A stretch of DNA of 63,436 nucleotides, filler included, from Octopus bimaculoides (Eukaryota): NCBI RefSeq assembly GCF_001194135.2. It is 7 parts of 7 records of this genome, joined end to end, with 100 filler letters (N's around TTAATTAATTAA, not from the genome) between each part and the next. Parts side by side here need not be neighbours in the genome. Positions count along the whole stretch, not along the records: positions 45,253 to 59,337 come from NC_068999.1; positions 59,438 to 61,300 come from NW_026327780.1; positions 61,401 to 63,436 come from NW_026311109.1; 4 more parts are not named here. One strand, given 5' to 3'. Shown piece by piece: positions 52,981-63,436 of the stretch; the first letter of the stretch is position 1, and every line of letters begins with the position of its first letter. Made by a program: the position numbers and the translations under genes. The notes beneath the pieces were generated by a model that saw only the letters and a program-made list of their open reading frames with translations, was not told the origin of the DNA and did not search any database.

Positions 52981-54694
52981 TTTACAAAAATTAATTAGTA
53001 CTGGAGTTGATAAATTCGACTAAAATTCTTCAAAGTGGTGCTCCAGCATGGCTGCAGTCTAATGACTGAAACAAGTAAAAAGATGAAAAAAAGGTAGAAA
53101 GAGAGATTAATCAACTGAGGCTATTTATTTTAATTGCGAGACATCGAAAGAAATATTACTTTACTATTCAGTTCAATATTTTACCGGTAACAAAGAGAAG
53201 GTGGTGACATTTGTGTCTTCTACAACGGAATTAACGAACGGCCTCAGTTCCGTTAAAAGACATTGCTATTTATTAAATGCTGGCCCTCAGTGATGCCAAT
53301 TATTTTCTACTTTCTCTGTTAATGAACTGTTTCTGTTTGTATGAATTAGAACTCTTGTGTACTTCCAAAGCGAAATTGTTAGTTTAACTATGGCAGCGCG
53401 TGTTTTATGGATTGTACAACAGTAACGTGTTAAAATGTATTAAATTTATCTCAAACTGAATTATGACATTTAAGTTAAATTAAGAAATGAATTCAAATAT
53501 TCATACAAATTCATACAAATTCACACAAAATATTTTATTGTAAAAGTGTTTATGAGTTTCTTTTTTATTTTCCCTTAAAACTAAAATTAATTTATTTCTT
53601 AGTTTCAAAAACAAAAGCCAGCAAGCCTCAAATGAATTGAAGAAGATGTATTCAATTGCAGGCGTAAGAATAAATAAACAGCATGAGAGCCATAGATATC
53701 GAGATATTTTCACGTAACCTGAAATTATGCAAATTTCTGAATATTTATTCTGAAATGCTACCATTTACACCATAAGAAACGAAAATGAATGCGTATTAAA
53801 AGTCCCAAAACGACCTTAATCTAATATTTTATTCAAAATTATTATAATCTAGAATAAAGAACAACACTTGCTTTATGATTTTCTCTTTCCTTAATTTCAT
53901 TTGCAACGTTTTTTGAAATTCATACTCTCAAATAGTTAGTCATTGTGATATGTGAATTAGAAGGAATCAATATTTAATGTGAAGACACCAATTACAGCAA
54001 GCGAATTTTCCTTTCATTCCTGTAATATTCAGTATTTGATTTTGTATTGATACTGATAGTGGTGGTGGTGGGGGGAATGAAGGAGGTATTGGTGGTGTTG
54101 CTGGTGGTGATGCGCGCATATAAATTATCGGCCTTCTATTGCCAACCGGTGATGCTCAGCTCAACGAGACATAAATGAAACTCTTGTCAAATATACAGAG
54201 TGACTGCCTGACCATCAAAAGTCGTGGTTTACTTTTTCTGTTTGCGTTTATCTTTTTTTCTCTTTGTTTTTTTTTTTCTTTCTTCTTTGCTTTGTTGTTT
54301 ACGTTACCGTAAATTGGCAGTTTCGGCAAAAGAGACGCCATCATTGCTTAGCAGTTTCAGTAAAGAGACCAAATTTTAAAAAGTAATTAAGTTCAGCATC
54401 TTCTTCATCACTATCATTATCATCGTCATTCTCGTAATTAAAAGCAGTGACAGCAGCAGCAGCAGCATATCAAAGAACTGGCCCGTTTGGCCCCCACCAC
54501 ATTCTACCAAAAATACCATCGCCGAACTATTTTCACCGCAGTATTAAACACAACCTCTGCATGGTTCTGTGTATCATTTATTTATTCTTATCCCACACTG
54601 TTTTGATATTTTAATAAGATATAATTACATTAATTCGCCATTGGTCAAAATATAATTACCTTCTGTACTAAAGAGATATAATCACTAAATTTCA

Positions 54695-54850
54695 AGGCAA
54701 AGGGCATTTTTGCTCGAGTTGGCAGAGCGTCGGGAAAAATGCGTTAGGCTATTTCTTCCGATTCTGAGTTCAGTTCCTGATGGAGTAAGCTTTGCTTTTC
54801 TTCCCTTTGATAAAATAATGTACCAGAACGTATCGAGTAAATCTCCTCTC
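54695..54850 (+). mobile_element. Diverged SINE family B copy
   Basis: AAGGCAAAGG...TTCTGAGTTCAGTTCC...CTTTGCTTTTCTTCCCTTTGATAAAATAATGTACCAG. Confidence 0.6.
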
Positions 54851-55094
54851 CTAAAGATCGTTTTCCCTGTGTCTGAATCAGATAGCATAATTATTTTTTG
54901 GTTCGGGTCAACACTGATTAGTAAGAAAGGTATTTTAGCCATGGCAACATCGCCTTGTTAGTAGACTCATTTCTCTCGCTCATTTTTATTTTTTGTGAAG
55001 CGATATAAGATGATATGAGGTATAAGATTTGTGAGCAAATTGAGTGGTTGAGTCTTTATTTCAAGAAAAATAATATTCTACATCAGCAGGGTAG

Positions 55095-55275
55095 ATAGCG
55101 CGTGGCCTAGTGGTTAGGGTGTTGCACTCACGGTCGCAAAATCGTGGTTTCGATTTCCGAACTGGACGGTGCTCTGTGTCCTTCATTAAAATACTTCATT
55201 TCACGTTGCTTCAGTCCACTTAGCTGTAAATTAGTAAACCCGCAACGGACTGACCTTCCGTTCAGGGAGGGTTGG
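55095..55275 (+). mobile_element. tRNA-derived SINE (further family)
   Basis: TGGCCTAGTGG A box, GTTTCGATTTCC B box, CAGTCCACTTAGCTGTAAAT core-like domain. Confidence 0.7.
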
Positions 55276-56417
55276 AATGTTGTGATCTTTGTCAGTTATA
55301 AGCAATGGAAACCAAGTATCCCACATGTATTATGTATTATTTGAGAAATATTTCATTGCCTTTTTCGAGGCCCTTCTTCTCACCCAACTGTAGTATCTTT
55401 CTATAATGTAACGACAGGAATTAGCGGTCGTTTCACTTAGAACCTTTAAATCTACACGTTCCTTCTTTCGCTCGAGTCAAAAAATATATATGTTGCAATT
55501 TTCCTTTTTTACTTGATTTCATTTGACGCTTCGTTCGGTATAAGCATTAATCTTCTGTCATAATTCGAATTATGTCGAGAAGACTGTACATGAATATTAA
55601 TTTCCATCCTGTTCATGTTATTGTATTAGCATTATCATGCGTTTGAGAATAAATTATTTCTGTATGTTTCAATACATCTCGACTCTTCTAAAGCAAACTT
55701 TATTTACTTTCATCGTAAGTTGATTTTAACGTTAGCGTCTTATAAATCTAGATTTATAAATGCTAAAATTGCCGAATAATTTGTTACTGGGCAGTTTAGC
55801 TTAAAGGTAAAGCACTTGACGCGCGGTCACAGAAATGTGATTTCGAGTTTCATGGCTGGCCGTAGCGATTTTTTTTTTTCCTGCAATATTTGGATAGGTT
55901 ATCCTGTTCATGCTATTGTATTAGCATTATCATGTGTTTGAGAATAAACTATTTCTGTATCTTATAATCTTAAGATTAAAAAAAAATGAAGTACATATTG
56001 AATAACATGTTCTTAAATCAAAGCTGAAATGAGTTAAAAGACCGGATTTTGACGGATGGGATGCTTTTGATTATGTCTCTATTTGATGAAGGCTGTTCAT
56101 AGATTAAACAATAATATTACCACATCCTCGCGAATCTGATTTAACCTGGTTAAAAGCACATGAGAATGAAATGGGAATTTAATAGTTAAATCGGGGTTTA
56201 GATCCTTCGTAACAAGAAGTGAAATTATGGATTTCTAATTCATACTGGCTTAACATTTCTGTGATTTGGACTCCAAACGATCTGGAAGCAGAATAGGAAA
56301 GAATAATCTATTGATATACAATGCTACAATGTGGTGCTTTCTATTCCTCATAGTATTGTATAATTACTTTTATGTATGAATGGAAGCATGTTTTACGTAC
56401 GTATGTTTGTATGTTTA

Positions 56418-56501
<84 letters not shown>

Positions 56502-56984
56502 TGTTTGTATGTATGTATGTATGTATGTGAATACACACAGAAAATCATACCCATATATACACTATCATACAAATACACTCACACATAAATACAAACACAC
56601 ACACACACACTCACACACGCGCGCACACACACTTATCCGTGTGTGAGCGTGTTTAAGCTACATTTTTAAAGTTATGTTAAACGCACACAAATTTCATGTT
56701 AAGCTTTTCTTTATGAGGTGCAAAGATAAACAATTTGTGTTATATTGTAGAGAAAAATAAATTTCCGCAACATTTATTTTTACAACTCGTCAAAATGTTT
56801 ATAATCATGCAGAATGTTTTACGATTTTACAACATTTTTAATGGAAAAAGGATTTTTTAAAATGTCATTGTGATGTTTGTTGCTTTCAATAAAGAATCTG
56901 TTATGTCATAGTGTTACGGAAAGATTTACAGTTAGAGATGGAAATACTTTGTGCTTTTTCTTTTATGAAACACGCCTGTGCATG

Positions 56985-57200
56985 TTAATGGTTTCAAATT
57001 TGAGCACAAGGCCAGCAATTTCGAGGGAGGGCTAAGTCAATTACATCGATCCCAGTGTTCTATTCGTACTTAATTTATCGTCCTCGAAAGATGATTATAG
57101 ACAAAATCGAACTCGGCGGAATTTGAGTTCAAACGTAAGGACGGGTGAACTGCTGCTAAGCATGTCGTATGGCTTGCTAACGATTCTGCCACCATGTGGG
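56985..57200 (-). mobile_element. SINE family B copy
   Basis: Reverse complement includes GCAGAATCGTTAGCAAGCC...GAACTCAAATTCCGCCGAG. Confidence 0.75.
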
Positions 57201-57384
57201 CTTAAACTCTAGTACAAGATAATGATAATGGATCTTTCCCTCCGTTTGTTTAGATGATATACATCCAGTTGTTCGGGAAAACGTATTAAAAGCTTCTTTG
57301 TGCAAAGACGTAAGTTTATTGTTGGTGTTCCTTAGTTCCAAGCAATATGAAATTTAATGGAACTGTAGATCAACCCCATTTTTT

Positions 57385-57600
57385 TCTCAAATACAGTGTG
57401 CCTAGGACGTCATGCAATGGTGGGGTGGCAGCAAAACACGGACACAAACACGCATATATATATATACGACGGGCATCTTTCAGTTTCCGTTTACCATATG
57501 CACTCACAAGGCTTTGGTCGGCCCGAGGCTCTAGTAAAATATACTTACCCAAGGTGCTACGCAGTGAGACTGAACCTGGAACCATGTGCTTGAGAAGCAA
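57385..57600 (-). mobile_element. SINE family A copy, internally deleted
   Basis: CGACGGGCATCTTTCAGTTTCCGT...CAAGGCTTTGGTCGGCCCGAGGCT...GGAACCATGTG. Confidence 0.85.
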
Positions 57601-57639
57601 ATATCAAATATAGGTATATAAAAGATAGGTACAGATACA

Positions 57640-57675
<36 letters not shown>

Positions 57676-57727
57676 CATATATATTATTATTCAACTATTA
57701 TTACCTAATATTGTAAAGAAATACATA

Positions 57728-57776
<49 letters not shown>

Positions 57777-60014
57777 ATATAATTAGTAGACAGGGATAAT
57801 CTATACACTTGGTCATAATTCGGGTTCAGGCTAACCACATCGAGTCTAGGATTACTTACGGCGAGTAATCCCGTTGTAATTCATCCGGTGGGTATTATAT
57901 ATAATCACCCATGTAAATCCCTCTCACCAATCAACATATATATATATATATTTCTCACTAGCAGCAGAATATACACAGAACTACAAACCGATTCACACCT
58001 CTACACATAGGAACACATACTTAGATCTTGTTTCAGATGCCCAATGGACAACGATGCACTTATAGTGGCATTGTCATATATAAGAGGAAAATTAAATATA
58101 ATTCTGCCGTTGTAGATAATAAGGTTTCCCCTCTTAGTACATTTGCGCTGATACTGCACCGATGACCTAGACCAGTGTACTGTGTAGTATGTCTTACGAG
58201 TTTTAGCGCATGCGCACATTTCAAGGATTTCCATTTAATATTCTCGTGAATCAGCATGTTCTGTGTGTATGTGTGTGTGTTTGCTGCGCACGCGTATACA
58301 TACATGTATTTATGTATGTATTTATATATCTATCGCTCTATGTAAATATGTAGGTATGCACTTATATATAGGGATGTTTACAACTTGGCCCTTATCTATT
58401 GAGAAATCTTGAAATAAAACTGAAAAAAGACATGCATTTTTACACACACGCACGCACAGAAATACACACACATGCAGATACAACGGGCTTCTTTCAGTTT
58501 TCGTCTGTTAAATCCACTCATGTATGTATGTGCATAGATGTATATAAATTCTATGATTTATTTTGTACATTAGACACACACTCAGCCATCGGTGTATTCG
58601 TACATATAGGAGCTCAGCGCAACTTTAATACATAATATGATTATAATCATGAACGTAACCATTACATTATGGTCGTTATAAGTTGCATAAGTATTTATTA
58701 CTTGATGAGGACATATAGGCCCTTGTTATAGCGCTCCTGGCGTGGTGTTCTGTTTGGTTGAAACAAATTAGTTTTGAATTTCTTAGACCAGAATGTGTAA
58801 ACAAACGCTGCAGGTTAGGAGATTTTCTTTGTTTTAAGGGGGTAGCACTGTAAATTTCACATATGTTTTTTGTAGATAGAATTGTAGCATTTAATTCGTT
58901 TGCTTCGTGTAACTAAATTCAAGGAGCAAGGCAGATAGACACAAAGAGAACCTATGTTTTCGAGAGTGGCAGGAAGAAAAACTAAGAGATAGTGATGAAG
59001 AGAGAGAGAAAATTGATTGGATCTGCCAAGCTTATGTCTTTAAGAAACATTATTTGACAACTGACTATTAAAATGTTTTTTTCTTACGATCCAGTGACTT
59101 CCAGTGCTTTCTGCTGTGAGAAATTTGTGAAACAAAAAGATGAACAGAAAGATAAGAGTATAAACAACAGAGTCACAATCGCACATGTGTACATCCTTTT
59201 GCTCACATACACATGTAATTTTATTATCTGTGTGCGTGTGTGAGTGTGTGCATGAATGCGTACATGTCACACTCACACAGATATACATATATGTATATAT
59301 ATATATATATGTATATATATGTATATATATATATATANNNNNNNNNNNNNNNNNNNNNNNNNNNNNNNNNNNNNNNNNNNNTTAATTAATTAANNNNNNN
59401 NNNNNNNNNNNNNNNNNNNNNNNNNNNNNNNNNNNNNATATATATATATATATATACACATATATATGGATGTATGTATATGTGTAATGGAGACACTGAG
59501 AGTAAAGGAATCAGCTATGTAACTTATACAGTTAAACATGTTGAAAAGCTGCTTGTGTAGTTTCCATGTTCTTTCAGATGGTTTGGGATTAGTTTCGTCA
59601 TTTTTTCTCTAATTCTAGCAATTCTCTGTGTGTGTCAGTCTTCAGTTTAAGAATCTTCTGACGCTCAGACGTCTCAGAGGGCGAATTTAGCCCTCTGATT
59701 GTTTCCTAATAAATGAATAAAATTTACATTAATTAGATTAGTTTTGAGCTTATAAAGCGGAAGCAGTAAATTGCCGAAGCAAATTCAAACTGTACTTAAT
59801 AACCAGTGACACCGACTCTCAACAACCCGATTAGATCAAATTAGAAAACTTCATCTATAAAAATTCCTAAATGCATGGCATTTGTCTTTGAGCCCTCCTG
59901 GCAAATAAAGAAATTATCATCATCATCGTCGTCGTCGTTGTCGTCCCATCAACATCATCGTCATCATCATCATCATCGTCAACATTATTATTACTATTGT
60001 TGTTGCTGTTGCTG

Positions 60015-60132
60015 TTAAGGCAGCTAGCTGGCGAAATCGTTGGCACGCCGGTCGATGTGCTTATACGTCAGTCTTTATATTTCGGGTTCAAATTCCTCTG
60101 AGGTCAAGAAGATAAATATATCGACCCGCAGT
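60015..60132 (+). mobile_element. SINE family B 5' fragment
   Basis: AAGGCAGCTAGCTGGCGAAATCGTTGGCACGCCGG...GGTTCAAATTCC. Confidence 0.7.
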
Positions 60133-60141
60133 TGTGTGTGT

Positions 60142-60172
<31 letters not shown>

Positions 60173-61519
60173 NNNNNNNNNNNNNNNNNNNNNNNNNNNN
60201 NNNNNNNNNNNNNNNNNNNNNNNNNNNNNNNNNNNNNNNNNNNNNNNNNNNNNNNNNNNNNNNNNNNNNNNNNNNNNNNNNNNNNNNNNNNNNNNNNNNN
60301 NNNNNNNNNNNNNNNNNNNNNNNNNNNNNNNNNNNNNNNNNNNNNNNNNNNNNNNNNNNNNNNNNNNNNNNNNNNNNNNNNNNNNNNNNNNNNNNNNNNN
60401 NNNNNNNNNNNNNNNNNNNNNNNNNNNNNNNNNNNNNNNNNNNNNNNNNNNNNNNNNNNNNNNNNNNNNNNNNNNNNNNNNNNNNNNNNNNNNNNNNNNN
60501 NNNNNNNNNNNNNNNNNNNNNNNNNNNNNNNNNNNNNNNNNNNNNNNNNNNNNNNNNNNNNNNNNNNNNNNNNNNNNNNNNNNNNNNNNNNNNNNNNNNN
60601 NNNNNNNNNNNNNNNNNNNNNNNNNNNNNNNNNNNNNNNNNNNNNNNNNNCGCGCACACATAAACACCACACATGAGCATCACACACGCAAGTACACATA
60701 CATATAGAAACATATATATGTATAACGCCTAGTTTAGAATAGAGGCAGCTGATGAAGAATTAATCCAAGTGGCTATCTGTTTTCCTATGTGTTCGTTCCG
60801 TTGTCTGTAGTTCATTTTTCTAACGTCCTGTACCCGAATATGCATCTATATACACATGTAGATGTAAGTATGTACATATATGTGTGTATACATGCTTATA
60901 TATCCTTTGTATTATATATACATATATATGTTTCTATATGTATGTGTACTTGCGTGTGTGATGCTCATGTGTGGTGTTTATGTGTGCGCGAAGTATACGT
61001 ATGTGCTTGTGCCTCTGGGCTTCGGCAGATCTTTGCTAAATAGTGGAGCAATCACATTGGCTCTCACATAGAGATGATACTTATATATAAAAGCCAGTTT
61101 GAGTATACAACACATTCTTGACAACTGGCTTTAATGCTAAATTACCGATGTGTCAGCAGGGCTTTTCTTTTTCATCCGCTATGCGTTTCTGTATTACATA
61201 ATATATCTATAGATCGTAGCCAACACAATACCTCATGGACAGACATATATATATATATATATATGAAGAGAGAGAGAGAGAGAGGGGGGTGAAAGATAGA
61301 NNNNNNNNNNNNNNNNNNNNNNNNNNNNNNNNNNNNNNNNNNNNTTAATTAATTAANNNNNNNNNNNNNNNNNNNNNNNNNNNNNNNNNNNNNNNNNNNN
61401 ATGCATGCATGTATGTATGTATGTATGTATGTATGTATGCATGTATGTATGTATGTATGTTTGTATGTATGTATGTGTGTATGTATGCATGTATGTATGT
61501 ATATATGTGTTTGTGTGTT

Positions 61520-62780
61520 TTGGGTCATTCCATAAATAATGCAATTTTTTTACCCTTCTTAATTTTTCAAAATTAAGATAAACAATATAATCTAAAATAT
61601 ACTCTCTTCCATTTTTTACAACGTTCTTCGATCTGGCGGACATGCAAGATCACTCTTTCAAAATTTACTTATCCGCGACGAAAAATACTGCTCCAGTACT
61701 GTTCTGACCCTGTCTACAGAATTCATATTTTTTCCGTCCAAATTATTTTGAAGACTGCAAATTAAACGATAATTAGATGGGGCAATGACCGGCGAATATG
61801 GTGGGTGGGGCATCGTTTACCAAACTACTCCAGCCTTTGGAATGTCATCCTTATGGTATGTGGCCGAGCATTATCCTGATGGAAGAATACCTTTCGTCTT
61901 GAAACCAAAGATAGTCGGTTTCTTTGTAGCGCTGACTTGAGCCGCTCAAGCTACTCGCAGTAGATCTCTTGTTATGGTTTGGTTTGGGTTTAAAAATTCA
62001 AAGTGGACTAAATCTTTCATATCCTAGCAAAGAAATAACAGCATTTTACGTAGAAGATCTTTCACCTAGGTTGCCGGTGTTTCTCCTTTCCTTACCCACT
62101 GTCTTCGGTCATTGACATTTTGTACAAACCCATTTTTAGTCCCCAGTCATTATTCGGTCGATAAAAGGTTCATTCGTGAGACGTGACAACAAAGAAGATC
62201 ACACATTTACTCTCTGCGTGCGATTAGGCTCGGAAAATTTGTGAGGAACCCATTCATCCAATTTGTTGACTTTTCCGATGGCACGCAGGTGTCGATGAAT
62301 GGTTGAATGACTAAATCCAAGCTTCTCTGCTAGTTCCTCAACAGTTACGATGGGCTTTTGTTCCACCAGGATTTTCTGGACGTCCTCATCGAACTCTACA
62401 GATATTCCAGGTCGAGGTTCGTCTTCTAGGCGGTAGATTCCGGTTCGGAATTTCTGGAACTACCGCTGACACTGTCTTACGCTTATTGTCTGATTTCCAT
62501 TTACTACATTAATATTCCACACACGTTCTGTTGCGTTGTTGCCTTTATTGAACTCAGAAAGCAAAATATGCCGAATATCCTCCTTCGTAACTTCCATTAT
62601 AGCTTTGAAAAAATAACTGTTAAAATCGAATCGCACTATTCAAAACTTGCACTAAAAATAAGGACAAGGTAAAATTACTATCTGCTTTTATAGCAAGTAG
62701 ATGCAGGTAATTTATCCCGTCCCCCTCCGACTTTTACTTCATGCAATTGAAAAAACCGCATTATTTATGGGATGACCCAA
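61520..62780 (-). mobile_element. Full-length (~1.26 kb) degenerate mariner transposon; transposase ATG at 62597
   Basis: TIRs TTGGGTCATTCCATAAATAATGC and GCATTATTTATGGGATGACCCAA(TA); MEVTKEDIRHILL..., WVPHKF, IMTGD*KW and HPPYSPVIAPSNY motifs with several stops. Confidence 0.93.
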
Positions 62781-63109
62781 TATATTGACGGCGCCAAACT
62801 TCAATACCCAACTATCTCATAGCCACCAGAGATAGTGCACAATATAATCAAAACCGAAACCATGTACAACGATGTGAAACCAAGTTCCAACACACACCTT
62901 TGTTCATGTAAACTTTACCTGTTACTTGTGATCTTATAAATAAAGAATTGTTGTCAGCGGGAAAAGATTTGTATTTCGTGACCGAATGCTGTAAGAATAA
63001 ATCATTACTTGTTTCACAGTTGCGCTTACTTTTAGTAGGTTAACTGAAATCATGCAGCTCTCTTTAGCAGGAAGTATTGGAGACTTTAGATTCCTCTTAC
63101 TGCACGCAT

Positions 63110-63165
<56 letters not shown>

Positions 63166-63369
63166 ACACACATACACAAACACACAAACGCACACACTCT
63201 AACATACATGCACAAACACACACACACAAGCACGCACTCAAACACAAACACACGTACACACATGGGTGCGTGCACATTTGTGTATATGCATGTAACTACG
63301 TAATATGTGTCTAGTTCTCTCTCTATCTATCTCTGAATGTCTGTCTGAATCTTTGTGTGAATGTGTGTG

Positions 63370-63411
<42 letters not shown>

Positions 63412-63436
63412 CATATATATATATTATATATATATA

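Noticed and set aside
53622-53760. Candidate LOX terminal exon (FKNKSQQASNELKK...)
   Set aside because: Stops before any P(N/S)SISI-like end; similarity is unconvincing.
58205-58240. ATT TCC ATT TAA (ISI-stop) as the LOX C-terminus
   Set aside because: Upstream residues (LAHAHISR) do not resemble LOX and there is no suitable acceptor.

Overview
Repeat-rich, AT-rich eukaryotic genomic DNA from a gapped draft assembly. It is very likely octopus (coleoid cephalopod), judged from the SINE families, abundant RTE LINEs, dense microsatellites and the style of the C2H2 gene; this is an inference with no database search. Two host genes are supported, both on the + strand. (1) Five consecutive GT-AG exons with matching phases (30804-36538) encode about 200 aa of the C-terminal half of a lipoxygenase catalytic domain (RDD and HAAVNF motifs). 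The upstream exons and the last exon, which carries the iron-ligating C-terminal Ile, were not found. (2) A single coding exon for a 10-finger C2H2 protein (40038-40898) lies 3.5 kb downstream. The rest is SINEs, LINE relics (RTE, CR1/L2-like, R4/Dong-like, Penelope-like), DNA-transposon relics (Tc1, mariner, Helitron, MITEs), microsatellites and N gaps, six of which contain an artificial TTAATTAATTAA linker. The most interesting non-genic signals are: a minimal hammerhead-ribozyme fold antisense just upstream of the ZNF exon (plus three decayed ones elsewhere); a foldback element with an 8-bp TSD and head-to-head TTAGGG/CCCTAA repeats at its centre, inside a LOX intron; a 238-bp palindrome; and an RTE copy with a twin-priming-type inversion. 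I see no prokaryotic-type system or CRISPR array, and no clear evidence of a wholly new multi-gene system.
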